A stretch of 63,609 bases of DNA, filler included, from Chthonomonadaceae bacterium (GCA_035650735.1; 5 parts of 5 records of this genome joined end to end with filler, not necessarily neighbours in it); one strand, 5' to 3'; positions 19,872 to 30,352 are shown, counted from the whole stretch's first letter. Made by a program: numbers and translations. Notes: generated from the letters alone by a model not told the origin.

Positions 19872-20867
19872 ATGCTCTGCCCGAAATGCGGTCAAAACAA
19901 TGCGGATGCGGCTCTATTCTGCGCCACCTGTGGGGAGAAGCTGACTCCCGCAGTGGTCTCCGGGCCTCAGAATGCGCCCTCCGGCCCCTCCGCTATTTCC
20001 ATGAACCCGCTGGTGCCCGGCGCAAACCGCCCGATGCCTGGCGGACCGCCTCCGATGCCGGGGAATGCGCCGCCGGTCGTGCCGGGACTCGGCCAGCCGC
20101 AAGCCTACATGCCGCCGCCGGGCAGGCCGCAGCCTCTGGATGGCAGCCAGCCTCCGGCCTATTCCCCCTACGGTCAGCCGCAGCCGCCGCAGGCTTACCA
20201 GCCCTATAGCCCGCCGCCCGGAGCGCCCCAGCCGCTTAACGGGCCGCAGCCGGGCTTGCCGCCGCAGCCCTCGCCCTACGGCAGCCCTCCCGGTTATGGA
20301 GCGGCCCCAGCCCAAGCGGCCCTATGTCGCGTCTGCGGCAACGCGCTCACGCCACGGGACTATCAGTGCCCACGCTGCGGCGCCCCCGTGGGAACCGTCG
20401 CCAATCCCAACGACCCTACCTCTTCGACGTACATGCCCATCGGCGGCTACCGACAGATCGAGAACACCTCCGGGCAAAAGAGCAGCGTGCCGATGGAATT
20501 ACAGGGGGGTTGGAACTGGGGGGCAGCGTTTCTTACCCTCTTCTGGGTCATCGCGCATAAAGTGTGGTGGGTTTTAGGAATCCTTGTCGCAGAATATTTC
20601 CTGAGTGGCCTCACCGCGGCCCTGGGCAACTCCGATGCCTCTACGGTCCTTTCGACTATCACGGGCATAGGAAATCTCATCTTGTTCATCTACATGGGTG
20701 TACGCGGAAACGCCCTTGCCTGGCAGTACCGTCATTTTGATAGCGTGGAACATTGCCGGACGGTGCAGCGGACATGGGCGCGATGGGTGCTCATCCTTTG
20801 CCTGATCATCCCGGCTAGCCTTGTCCTGCTCTTGATGCTCGTGGTCATGCTGAGTCGTACATCATGA
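19872..20867 (+). CDS. Zinc-ribbon, Pro-rich membrane protein
   Basis: Two CxxC..CxxC pairs, Pro/Gln-rich linker, GWNWGAAF and C-terminal hydrophobic helices. Confidence 0.75.
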   Translation: MLCPKCGQNNADAALFCATCGEKLTPAVVSGPQNAPSGPSAISMNPLVPGANRPMPGGPPPMPGNAPPVVPGLGQPQAYMPPPGRPQPLDGSQPPAYSPYGQPQPPQAYQPYSPPPGAPQPLNGPQPGLPPQPSPYGSPPGYGAAPAQAALCRVCGNALTPRDYQCPRCGAPVGTVANPNDPTSSTYMPIGGYRQIENTSGQKSSVPMELQGGWNWGAAFLTLFWVIAHKVWWVLGILVAEYFLSGLTAALGNSDASTVLSTITGIGNLILFIYMGVRGNALAWQYRHFDSVEHCRTVQRTWARWVLILCLIIPASLVLLLMLVVMLSRTS

Positions 20868-20975
20868 GAGGACAACAAAGCTCTGGCAGAGGAGGCCGCT
20901 TCCGGTTACGTTTAAACCTGAGGACCTGGCTATCCGGAAGTTTGAGGGAATCAACTTGCATTAGAGAGGAAGTTT

Positions 20976-22175
20976 GTGATGAGCCTTTCACAACGGGCGC
21001 GGAATACGGCCCCGTCCCCTACTCTGGGCATCACCGCCAAGATCAAAGCCCTGCGCGCGCAGGGCGTGGACGTCGTCGGCTTTGGCGCGGGCGAGCCCGA
21101 TTTCGATACGCCCGCCTACATCAAGCAGGCCGCCGTAGACGCTTTAAACGCCGGCTACACCAAATACACGCCCAGCAGCGGGGATGTGGACCTCAAAGAC
21201 GCTATCGTCGCCAAGCTCGCCCGTGATAACAACCTGCACTACAAGCGCGAGAACGTGATCGTCTCCTGCGGAGCCAAGCACTCGCTCTATAATCTCATGC
21301 AGGCCCTGCTCGATCCCGGCGACGAGATCCTTATTCCCGCGCCTTACTGGGTCACCTACCCGGAACAGGTGCGCCTGGCGGACGGCAAGCCCGTCTGCGT
21401 GGAGACTCGGCCCGAAAACGACTTCATGCCCACCATCGAGGCCGTGCGCGCCGCCCTCACTCCGCGCACGAAGGGCCTGATCCTCAACTCGCCCTCCAAC
21501 CCGACCGGCGGCGTCGCCTCGCGCCAGACGGTTGAGGCGCTGGCCGCGCTAGCCGTGGAGCATAACTTCTACCTCATCAGCGACGAAATTTACGAGAAGC
21601 TACTCTACGATGGACGCCAGCACATCAGCCCCGCCGCGCTTGGCCCGGAGGTCTTCCAGCGCACCGTCACCATCAACGGCTGCTCCAAAGCCTACTCCAT
21701 GACCGGCTGGCGCATCGGCTATGCTGCGGCCGCGGATACCGAGCTCATCGCGGCCATGGGCCGTCTGCAGGATCAGTCCACTTCCAACCCGACCTCCATC
21801 GCCCAGAAGGCCGCCGTCGCCGCCCTCAACGGCCCGCAGGACGCCGTCGAAGAGATGCGCCAGGCCTTCGAGGAGCGGCGCAACCTGATCGTCGAAAAGC
21901 TCAACGCTATTCCCGGTGTCGCCTGCCGCCTGCCCGGCGGCGCGTTCTACGCCTTCGCCGACATCGCCTCCACCCGTGGCAAGCGCGCGGGCGAGCGCGT
22001 CATCGGCGGCTCGGACGACCTGGCCGATTACCTGCTGTCGGAGTTCCAGGTCGGCGTCATTCCCGGCTCCGGCTTCGGCGCGGACAACTATATCCGCCTG
22101 TCCTATGCGACTTCCAAAGAGAACATTCTCAAAGGGCTGGAGCGCCTAGACGCTGGCATCCGCAAACTGGAATAA
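20976..22175 (+). CDS. aspC: PLP-dependent class I aminotransferase (aspartate aminotransferase)
   Basis: GAGEPDF, NSPSNPTG, SDEIYE, SKAYSMTGWRIGY, IRLSYA. Confidence 0.88.
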   Translation: MMSLSQRARNTAPSPTLGITAKIKALRAQGVDVVGFGAGEPDFDTPAYIKQAAVDALNAGYTKYTPSSGDVDLKDAIVAKLARDNNLHYKRENVIVSCGAKHSLYNLMQALLDPGDEILIPAPYWVTYPEQVRLADGKPVCVETRPENDFMPTIEAVRAALTPRTKGLILNSPSNPTGGVASRQTVEALAALAVEHNFYLISDEIYEKLLYDGRQHISPAALGPEVFQRTVTINGCSKAYSMTGWRIGYAAAADTELIAAMGRLQDQSTSNPTSIAQKAAVAALNGPQDAVEEMRQAFEERRNLIVEKLNAIPGVACRLPGGAFYAFADIASTRGKRAGERVIGGSDDLADYLLSEFQVGVIPGSGFGADNYIRLSYATSKENILKGLERLDAGIRKLE

Positions 22176-22183
22176 GAGGATTA

Positions 22184-22401
22184 AACCACCCGCTGCGCTA
22201 GAGCCACGGAGACACGGAGGAAAAGCCGCACGGAGAGAAAACAAAAGCCTTTGGACAGGATTAACAGGATTACGGAGAGAGAGAAGCCTTGCTTCTCTGT
22301 GTAGTTGAAATCCAGTTAATCCCGTAAATCCTGTCTAAAAATCTGGTCTTATCTCTTTATTTTTCCTCTGTGTCTCTGTGCCTCTAGCGCAGCGGGTGGT
22401 T
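22184..22401. repeat. Nested palindromic MITE-like element, copy 1
   Basis: Terminal IR AACCACCCGCTGCGCTAGAG / CTCTAGCGCAGCGGGTGGTT; second copy at 36610-36857. Confidence 0.9.
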
Positions 22402-22415
22402 CTATCGTTTCGTCT

Positions 22416-23126
22416 ATGGATGAGGATGGCCTGGATAAACTGCAAGCGCGATTGGGCGTGCGGTTTAAGGATCTCGCGCTCCTGCAACGCGCCCTGACCC
22501 ACCGCTCGGCGGCTGCCGACAATCCTCTTGGGAGCAACGAGCGCCTGGAGTTTCTCGGCGACTCGGTGGTGGGGCTGGTCGTCAGCGAGAACCTGATCAA
22601 GCTGTTTCCAGACTACAGTGAGGGCGACCTGGCCAAGTCGAAAGCCTACATCGTCAGCGAGCCGGCGCTTGCCAACGCTGCCGCGGAATTGGGCCTGGAG
22701 GAGTTTGTCGTCATGAGCGCGGGCGAGGCGGCCTCCGGCGGGCGGCGGCGCCGCTCCCTCCTAGCCGATGCCTTCGAGGCCGTGATCGCCGCCGTCTATC
22801 TGGATCGGGGGATTCGCGCCGCCCGCCGCATCGTCCGCGACTCGCTGATGCCCGCCATTCGCGAGGTCGCCGCCGATCAGCATCGCCGGGATTATAAGTC
22901 GTCCTTGCAGGAGTTCGTCCAGGCGCGCGCGCGGAAAGCCCCCTTCTACCGCATCGTCGGCGAGGAGGGCCGCGAGCATGAGAAGACGTTCACGGCCCAG
23001 GCGGTCGTGGGCGAGATGGTCATCGGGGAGGGCATAGGCAGCAGCAAGAAAGAGGCCGAGCAAGCCGCCGCGCAAGATGCGCTGGAAAAGCTTCCCCTCC
23101 ACTTTCCGGATGAGGACGAAAAATAA
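22416..23126 (+). CDS. rnc: Ribonuclease III
   Basis: ALTHRS, NERLEFLGD, ADAFEA, dsRBD DYKSSLQE..SKKEAEQ. Confidence 0.97.
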   Translation: MDEDGLDKLQARLGVRFKDLALLQRALTHRSAAADNPLGSNERLEFLGDSVVGLVVSENLIKLFPDYSEGDLAKSKAYIVSEPALANAAAELGLEEFVVMSAGEAASGGRRRRSLLADAFEAVIAAVYLDRGIRAARRIVRDSLMPAIREVAADQHRRDYKSSLQEFVQARARKAPFYRIVGEEGREHEKTFTAQAVVGEMVIGEGIGSSKKEAEQAAAQDALEKLPLHFPDEDEK

Positions 23127-23143
23127 AGGAGTACACTCGCAAG

Positions 23144-23962
23144 ATGCCAGGTACCGATACCCCTGCCGCCGACATCGGCGTCTTCGGCGGGAGCGGATTC
23201 TATTCTCTGTTGGACAACGTGCGTGAAGTTCGACTGGATACGCCCTATGGGGCGCCCAGCGATAGCGTGTTCCTGGCCGAAGTGGCCGGCAAGCGCGTGG
23301 CCTTCCTGCCCCGGCATGGTCGGCACCATACCATCCCGCCGCACCGAATCAACTACCGGGCCAACCTCTGGGCCATGAAGGAACTGGGCGTGCGCTTCCT
23401 GATCAGCCCGTGCGCCGCCGGAAGCCTCCAGCCCCACGTCAAGCCGGAGCATTTCGTCGTCTGTGACCAGTATGTGGATCGCACGCGCGGGCGCGAAGAT
23501 ACCTTCTACGACGGCCCCAACGTCTACCACGTCAGCAGCGCTGAACCTTATTGCCCGGAGCTGCGCCGCCTCGCCATTGAGGTCATCCGGGAGCAGGGCA
23601 TTACGGTGCATGAGCGGGGTACCGTCGTCGTCGTGCAGGGGCCGCGCTTCTCCACCAAGGCGGAAAGCCAGTGGTACACCAAGGCCGGTTGGGAGGTCAT
23701 CAATATGACCCAGTATCCGGAAGCCTATCTGGCGCTGGAGCTGGCCATCGCCGTCGTCAATATCTCGCTCATTACGGACTACGATTCGGGCCTGGTCGTG
23801 GAGGGCGGCGTTGCTCCCGTGACGCAGGAGGAGATCTTTACCGTCTTCAAGAAAAATGCAGAACGGATCAAAACGGTGGTGCTTGAGCTGATCCGGCGCA
23901 TTCCTCTCGACCTGGATAGCCCCTGCCATCACGCCCTGGATCATGCCAAAGTGGGCGGATAA
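23144..23962 (+). CDS. mtnP: 5'-methylthioadenosine phosphorylase
   Basis: GVFGGSG, PRHG, INYRAN, GPRFST, INMT, ITDYD. Confidence 0.92.
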   Translation: MPGTDTPAADIGVFGGSGFYSLLDNVREVRLDTPYGAPSDSVFLAEVAGKRVAFLPRHGRHHTIPPHRINYRANLWAMKELGVRFLISPCAAGSLQPHVKPEHFVVCDQYVDRTRGREDTFYDGPNVYHVSSAEPYCPELRRLAIEVIREQGITVHERGTVVVVQGPRFSTKAESQWYTKAGWEVINMTQYPEAYLALELAIAVVNISLITDYDSGLVVEGGVAPVTQEEIFTVFKKNAERIKTVVLELIRRIPLDLDSPCHHALDHAKVGG

Positions 23963-24093
23963 GTTTGCCCCCTTTAATCGAACCAGTGTGGAATTGCAAA
24001 GGAGAACGTAATTGGCGGTGGGGAAAGGCTGGCCTGACTAAGGTCGGCTGTCTGGCCCCTGTTTTCGGCTGTTAAGGAGGGTTGGAAAACGAG

Positions 24094-25182
24094 ATGCGGA
24101 TAGGTATGCAAGACAAGCCGCTGCAAACGGTCGCGTGGCAGAACGGCAAGGTACGCCTGATCGACCAGACGGCGCTGCCCGAACGGCTGCAATACGTGGA
24201 GCTATCGGACTGGCGCGAGGTGGCGGAGGCCATCCGCACGATGGTCGTGCGCGGGGCCCCGGCCATCGGCTGCACCGCCGCGCTGGGCCTGGCGCTTGGG
24301 GCTCGCGGCATCATCGCCGAAAACCGCGAGGCGTTCCTGCGCCGCGTCGCCGGCATTGCCGAAACCTTCCGCGCCGCCCGCCCCACCGCCGTCAATCTCT
24401 TCTGGGCTGTAGATCGCATCTTTGGCGTGGCCCAAAACACCGAGGGCAATCCGGTTGACCTTAAAGACGCTATGCTGCACGAAGCCCTCCGCATGCTCGA
24501 CGAGGACATCGAGGCCAACCGCCGCCTGGGTGAGTACGGCGCCGCCCTGCTCTCCGATAACAGCAACGTCCTGACCCATTGCAACGCCGGCGCGCTCGCC
24601 ACCGTCGGCTATGGCACGGCGCTGGGCGTCATTCGTGCCGCCGCCGAATCCGGCAAGCGCATCCATGTCTATGCGGACGAGACGCGCCCGCGCCTGCAGG
24701 GCATGCGGCTGACCGCCTGGGAGCTGATGCAGGATAACATCCCCGTCACCGTCATCGCCGATAACATGGCCGCCAGCCTCATGCGCCAGGGCAAGGTAGA
24801 TTGCGTCATCGTCGGCGCGGATCGCATCGCCTCCAACGGGGATACCGCCAACAAGATCGGCACCTATGGCGTGGCCATCCTGGCCAAGCATCACAACATT
24901 CCGTTCTATGTTGCCGCGCCGTTCTCTACCATTGACATGAAGCTGGCGAGCGGGGTTCAGATCCCCATCGAGCAACGGGAGACGGTAGAAATGACGCATA
25001 TCGAGGGCATTCGTGTCGCGCCCGAAGGCGTGGAGGTTGTGAACCCGGCCTTCGATATTACGCCCGGCGAGCTGGTCACCGCCTTCATCACCGAGCGTGG
25101 CGTCATCGAGCCGCCCTACACGACAACCTTGGCCCAGCATGCGCCGCCGCCGGATCGGGAGGTCGTCAGCGCCGCCCGTTAG
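24094..25182 (+). CDS. mtnA: Methylthioribose-1-phosphate isomerase
   Basis: MVVRGAPAIG, RPTAVNL, THCNAGALAT, DETRP, GDTANKIGTY; start 24094 or 24106. Confidence 0.95.
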   Translation: MRIGMQDKPLQTVAWQNGKVRLIDQTALPERLQYVELSDWREVAEAIRTMVVRGAPAIGCTAALGLALGARGIIAENREAFLRRVAGIAETFRAARPTAVNLFWAVDRIFGVAQNTEGNPVDLKDAMLHEALRMLDEDIEANRRLGEYGAALLSDNSNVLTHCNAGALATVGYGTALGVIRAAAESGKRIHVYADETRPRLQGMRLTAWELMQDNIPVTVIADNMAASLMRQGKVDCVIVGADRIASNGDTANKIGTYGVAILAKHHNIPFYVAAPFSTIDMKLASGVQIPIEQRETVEMTHIEGIRVAPEGVEVVNPAFDITPGELVTAFITERGVIEPPYTTTLAQHAPPPDREVVSAAR

Positions 25183-25217
25183 TTGCTCTTACCCAATCGA
25201 AAGCGAGGAGGGGTTGG

Positions 25218-25742
25218 ATGGATAAGCTATTGGCCGAGAGCCTGGTGCGTGACGTGCCGGACTTTCCCAAGCCAGGCATTCTTTTCAAAGATATCACGCC
25301 GGTCATGCAAAACCATGCCGCGTTGAAGGAAGTTACGGACCGGCTGGCCGCGTGGGGACGCGACCGGCAGGCAGATGCGGTCGTCGGCATTGAGGCGCGC
25401 GGCTTCGTCTTTGGCGCGCTGGTTGCCCAGGCGCTTGGCGTGGGATTCATCCCCGTCCGCAAGCTTGGCAAGCTGCCCTACAATACCATCTCGGAAGAGT
25501 ACGCGCTGGAATACGGCACGAACACGGTGGAGATGCACGCCGATTCCGTTCAGCCGGGTCAGCGCGTGCTCATCATTGACGACGTGCTGGCCACAGGGGG
25601 CACGGCGGCAGCGGCGGCGCGGCTGGTGGAAAAGCTAGGAGGCAAGGTCGCCGGGCTTGGCTTTCTCATCGAACTGGGCTTTCTGGAGGGCCGCAAAGTC
25701 CTGAGCGCCTATGATGTCTACGCGCTCCTTCGCTATGATTGA
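25218..25742 (+). CDS. apt: Adenine phosphoribosyltransferase
   Basis: PDFPKPGILFKDIT, EARGF, RKLGKLP, DDVLATGGT. Confidence 0.96.
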   Translation: MDKLLAESLVRDVPDFPKPGILFKDITPVMQNHAALKEVTDRLAAWGRDRQADAVVGIEARGFVFGALVAQALGVGFIPVRKLGKLPYNTISEEYALEYGTNTVEMHADSVQPGQRVLIIDDVLATGGTAAAAARLVEKLGGKVAGLGFLIELGFLEGRKVLSAYDVYALLRYD

Positions 25743-25870
25743 GGCTTCCAACCGCCCAGGGAGCCGAGGTCAGGAGGTTCACGCGAGGTTCTTAGCAGCC
25801 AGGAGAGCTTTCCGCCGGGTCGTTTTTCTCGGTACGGCGGATAGTACAGAGGACGCCCGCCGAGGCGAGC

Positions 25871-26113
25871 CTATCCCATCTCCTCCGCAATAGGAACCGC
25901 CTCCAGTTCGGCGATGAACGCCCGCTGCTTCTCCTCCGTCCAGGCCGCCCAGGCTTCCTTATAGAGGCAGTGGAGCCTATCGACGCGCACGGCGCGCTCA
26001 TACATCTCTCTATCTACCCTGGCGGCAAACTCGGCCAGCTCCCGGCGCGCTTTGTGGTATTCATCCCGAGCCCGTTGCATGGCTATGTACAGTTCATCTT
26101 CCCGCAAAGCCAT
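25871..26113 (-). CDS. Small helical hypothetical protein (80 aa)
   Basis: Purine-rich RBS, own promoter, helical composition. Confidence 0.6.
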   Translation of the reverse strand: MALREDELYIAMQRARDEYHKARRELAEFAARVDREMYERAVRVDRLHCLYKEAWAAWTEEKQRAFIAELEAVPIAEEMG

Positions 26114-26197
26114 TTCCTGCTCTCCTCTATCTCGCGCTCATCCAGAAGAACCCATAATGCCGAGGGCAGATTTGCCTGCGGCGATGCGCGCTCCTCT

Positions 26198-26226
26198 ATT
26201 CTAGCGCACTTGCGCAAAAAATACAA
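26198..26226 (-). promoter_or_regulatory. Putative sigma-70 promoter
   Basis: Minus strand TTGTAT-17 nt-TAGAAT. Confidence 0.55.
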
Positions 26227-26543
26227 ATGTGGATAGCACAGCGTTATAAAACCGGTAACAATCGGGGCAAGGCAGATCGAATGAAGCCGGGGAACTCCGG
26301 GATTCCCTGGCGCCAGGAAGGTAAGGCAAAGGAGTATTCAGGCGGCAAGGCTAAGAGTGCCTGATAGGACCTGGCCGTAAGACGCTACCTCATTCCGGCC
26401 CTCTTCATTGCAGCTCAGAGGGGTAGGTATGCCCGTTGGCTCCTTCGGCCACAAGGGAATAAATTCCCTCGCTCGGTGGCCTACGACCCAGTGTCCGCCT
26501 ACGCGGACACGTACAGGTAGGCGACTGGTTGAGTGTCCCCGTA

Positions 26544-26677
26544 GGGGTCGCCAGGCGGAGGGCTGTGGCCAGGTGTGGCTAGGCGGAGGCGCGAACCATT
26601 GCCGCGCCGACCCGAGCAGGGGCCCAACCATGGCAGGCCCGACCCTGGCAGTCCGTTGTAGGCCCGACCCTGGCAGT
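26544..26677. repeat. Modular intergenic repeat, copy B
   Basis: Inverted copy of 17982-18090 plus an extra CCGACCCTGGCAGT module. Confidence 0.9.
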
Positions 26678-26795
26678 CACTGAGCCGAAGGCTATAAAGC
26701 GAAGGGCTTTAGCCCGTCGTCAAAGATAGAACGGGCGAGCTTCCCTACCCCTCTCAACCCTTGCAGGAAGAGGGAGAACGGGTTTGTTAGGCGCT

Positions 26796-28067
26796 CTAAA
26801 TTCGGTACTGGCGGACGCGTCCGGCCAGGTCACGGGTGATACGCGCCGCGACGTAAATACCGTCTTGCTTGTAGTCGGCTTTCAGGACGCGGCCGTACTC
26901 GTAGCACTGGGCCACGAGGTCGCTGCGGTCATAGGGAATGCGCAGGCACACATCCTCCAGCAGGCTGGAAAGCGTATGCACCACGCGCTCCATTAGCTGC
27001 GGCATGCCCTCGGCGGTCCTGGCAGAGATGGCCACAGCATTCGGCGTATCGGCTACCATTTCCTGCAAGAAGAACTTATCCCAGACTAGATCGGCCTTAT
27101 TAAAGACCGTGATGATCGGCTTATTTCCTGCGCCCAGCGACTCCAGCACCTCCTGGACGGCCTGCTGCTGCACCTGGCGGTGCGGATGGCTGGCATCCAC
27201 AACATGGATAAGAAAATCGGCTTCGATGGTCTCTTCCAGCGTGGCGCGGAAGGCGGCGACCAGGTGCATGGGCAGGTTGCGGATAAACCCTACCGTATCG
27301 GTGAGCAGGATGGCCCATCCGTCCGGCAGCACCACGCGCCGGGTGGTCGGGTCCAGCGTCGCAAACAGTTTCGGGTCGGCGTAGATCTCGCTGCCGGAGA
27401 GCGTGTTGAGCAGCGTGGATTTGCCCGCGCTGGTATAGCCAACGAGCGCCGCCGTCGGGAACGGCAGGCGGCGGCGATGGGCGCGCTGCTGCTGGCGGGT
27501 ACTGCGGACCTCGGCCAGCTGGGCCTCCAGGTCGCTGATGGTTTCGCGGACCTTGCGCCGGTCGGTATCCAGCTTGGTTTCGCCCGCGCCGCTCCGGACG
27601 CCGATGCCGCCCTGCTGGCGCTCAAACTTAGTATAGAGGCTGGACAGGCGCGGCAGCAGATAGGTTAGCTGCGCCAACTCCACCTGCAGCTTACCTTCCC
27701 GCGTGTGCGCGCGCTGGGCAAAGATATCCAGAATGAGCTGCGTGCGATCAATCACGCGGCACTTGACGGCCTCCTCCAGGTTGCGCACCTGCACCGGCGA
27801 GAGCTCGCTATCGACGATGACGAGGTTGGCTTTGCTATCCAGCACGCCCGCGAAGAGCTCCTGGGTTTTGCCGGGGCCGATAAAGAAGGCCGGGTCCGGC
27901 CGGTCACGTCGCTGATAGAACTCGCCCACGACTTCCGCGCCGGCGGTCTGGGCCAGGGCGGTCAACTCTTCGAGGGCATAGGGGCGCAGCTCTTCGTTCG
28001 GCTCGACCGAGACCAGGACGGCGCGCTCCCGATCATTGATTTCATAGAGTACAGGCGTTTTAGGCAT
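26796..28067 (-). CDS. hflX: GTPase HflX
   Basis: ILDIFAQRA, GYTSAGKS, LFATLDPT, DTVGFI, NKAD. Confidence 0.96.
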   Translation of the reverse strand: MPKTPVLYEINDRERAVLVSVEPNEELRPYALEELTALAQTAGAEVVGEFYQRRDRPDPAFFIGPGKTQELFAGVLDSKANLVIVDSELSPVQVRNLEEAVKCRVIDRTQLILDIFAQRAHTREGKLQVELAQLTYLLPRLSSLYTKFERQQGGIGVRSGAGETKLDTDRRKVRETISDLEAQLAEVRSTRQQQRAHRRRLPFPTAALVGYTSAGKSTLLNTLSGSEIYADPKLFATLDPTTRRVVLPDGWAILLTDTVGFIRNLPMHLVAAFRATLEETIEADFLIHVVDASHPHRQVQQQAVQEVLESLGAGNKPIITVFNKADLVWDKFFLQEMVADTPNAVAISARTAEGMPQLMERVVHTLSSLLEDVCLRIPYDRSDLVAQCYEYGRVLKADYKQDGIYVAARITRDLAGRVRQYRI

Positions 28068-28292
28068 ACTCTAGTTTCCCACATGGGAAGCGGCTTGTCA
28101 AGCAATTTTAGTCAAAAAGACCGGAGACGTGGCGCCTGTCCCGCAGCGTGTAGAGGGATCTTCCGCCATGCCGGATACGCCGCAGAAGTAAAGTAAAAAG
28201 AGCGCGGCGCTATTTCAGAGCGTGCATAATGCGCCCCAACGGTCGCGGCGGAGAATGCAGCGCCGGCAGGAGAGAACAATACGGATAACCTT

Positions 28293-28893
28293 ATGTGTAT
28301 TTTAATTGCCGAAGACAATGCGATCCAGCGTCAATACCTGACGCAGCTTTATGCGGCCCGCTTCCCCGATCATGGGCCCATCGAGGCGGTGGCGGACGGC
28401 GTCGCCGCCGTCGAACTGGCCAACAAGCTTCGGCCAGATCTCCTCATTCTCGACATCCAGATGCCCGGTAAGAACGGAATTCAGGCGGCGCGCGAGATCT
28501 GGGCGGCGGAGCCGCACGCCCGGATTCTGTTCTGGTCGCAGTTCAAGGATGAAATCTACCTGCGGGAGCTGGGGCGGATCGTGCCGCCGGAAACCGTCTA
28601 TGGCTATCTGCTCAAGACGGCCACCGAGGAGCAACTGGTCTCGGCGGCGCGGGCGGTGCTGATTGACGAGCAGTGCTGGATCGATCGTGAGGTGCGCGGA
28701 CTGACCTCGCGCGCGGCTAATCCCGCCACCGGACTGACCGATGCCGAATACGAGGCCCTCATTGACATCGCGCTTGGCCTGACCGATAACACCATCGCGC
28801 GCCGCCGATTCCTCTCCCGCCGAGGCGTCCAGAACCGCCTGAGCGCCCTCTACACCAAGCTCGGCATTGACCAGGAAGAGGAAGAGGGCGCGA
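28293..28893 (+). CDS. NarL/LuxR-type response regulator (cut by contig end)
   Basis: IAEDN, LDIQMP receiver domain; LTDAEYE.. HTH. Confidence 0.85.
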
Positions 28894-28993
28894 NNNNNNN
28901 NNNNNNNNNNNNNNNNNNNNNNNNNNNNNNNNNNNNNTTAATTAATTAANNNNNNNNNNNNNNNNNNNNNNNNNNNNNNNNNNNNNNNNNNNN
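28894..28993. other. Artificial contig linker
   Basis: N44-TTAATTAATTAA-N44. Confidence 0.98.
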
Positions 28994-30352
28994 GCCCGCT
29001 ACTTCCTGCACGACGCCATGCGCGGCATAGACTACCTGCGCAGCCGTCCTGAGATAGACCCCGACCGCATCGGCGTGACCGGCAACTCCGGCGGCGGCAC
29101 GCAGACCTGCTTGATGATGCTGGCCGACCCGCGCATCGCCGCTGCCGCTCCCGGCACCTTTATCATGAACCGCGAGACCTATCTGCTTGCGGGCGGCGCG
29201 CAGGACGCCGAGCAGATCTGGCCCGGCTTTACCGCCGCAGGCTACGACCACGAGGACGTGCTGCTGGCGATGGTGCCGCGTCCGGTGCGCGTGCTGGCGG
29301 TGACCGGCGACTTCTTCCCCATTGAAGGCACGCGCCGCACGGTCGAGCGCAGCAAGCGGTTCTGGAAGCTCTATGGCAAGGAAGGCGACCTGGACCTGGT
29401 CGAAGATACCAGCACGCACCGCTACACGGAGAAGCTGGCCCGCGCCGCCGGAGAGTTCTTCGCCCGTCATCTGCTGGGCAAAGAAGCCTCCTTCGACGAT
29501 GCTAAGATCGCTCCCTTTGAGCCGTCGCGCCTCTGGTGTACGGCCTCCGGCCAGGTGCGCGGCGAGATCAAGGACGCCCTCACCGTGTTTGAGACTAACC
29601 GCGAGCGGGCACAGGCTCTGGCGCAGGAGCGTCACGCGCTGCCTGCCGCCGAGCAGCGGGAACGGGCCGTGCGGTGGCTGCGCGAGCGCGTGACCCGCCA
29701 CCGCAAGCCCTGCGACCTCAATCCCCGCTTCTATCACGCCGACCGCCTGGAGGAGATGACCGTCCAGATCGCGCTCTGGTGGGCGCAGGAGGGCCTGTTC
29801 AATCACGGCTACCTCTTCCGCCATTTCCAGCACGCCGACCGCGACCTGCCGGTGACGCTGGCGCTCTGGGAGGATGGCACGAACTCACTCTACCCGCACC
29901 TCGCATGGCTGCGGCGTACCTGTGAGCAGGGCCGCGCCGTCCTGGTGCTCGACGTCTCCGGCGCCGGCCCCCTGGCTCCGCGCCCCATCACCGCCGGCGA
30001 CCCGAAAGCGTTCTACGGCGTGATCCATAAGCTGGCTGACGACCTGATCTGGCTGGACGACGACCTGGCCTCCCTCCGAACCTATGACGTGTTGCGCGCT
30101 CTGGATATGGTCGCGCAGTGGCCGGGACTGGATGCCACGGACATCCAGGTCTACGCGTACGGTCGGCCAGGCATCTACGGGCGACTGGCGGCGGCGCTGG
30201 ATGCGCGTATCCGCAAGGTGGAGGTGGCGGAGGGCATTCGCAGCTACGCGGAGTGGGTGGAGGCGCGGCACTACGATGCGTACAATATCTACAGCATCCT
30301 CCTGCCCGGTATGCTGCGCTACTTCGACCTGCCAGAGCTCGAAAAACAATAA
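28994..30352 (+). CDS. Alpha/beta hydrolase, acetylxylan-esterase-like (5' partial)
   Basis: RGIDYLRSRPEIDPDRIGVTGNSGGG; second degenerate hydrolase domain. Confidence 0.8.
   Translation, partial: ARYFLHDAMRGIDYLRSRPEIDPDRIGVTGNSGGGTQTCLMMLADPRIAAAAPGTFIMNRETYLLAGGAQDAEQIWPGFTAAGYDHEDVLLAMVPRPVRVLAVTGDFFPIEGTRRTVERSKRFWKLYGKEGDLDLVEDTSTHRYTEKLARAAGEFFARHLLGKEASFDDAKIAPFEPSRLWCTASGQVRGEIKDALTVFETNRERAQALAQERHALPAAEQRERAVRWLRERVTRHRKPCDLNPRFYHADRLEEMTVQIALWWAQEGLFNHGYLFRHFQHADRDLPVTLALWEDGTNSLYPHLAWLRRTCEQGRAVLVLDVSGAGPLAPRPITAGDPKAFYGVIHKLADDLIWLDDDLASLRTYDVLRALDMVAQWPGLDATDIQVYAYGRPGIYGRLAAALDARIRKVEVAEGIRSYAEWVEARHYDAYNIYSILLPGMLRYFDLPELEKQ

Noticed and set aside
26270..26430. Possible tmRNA, 6S or other ncRNA
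   Set aside because: Only short hairpins; no tRNA-like ends or recognisable motifs.
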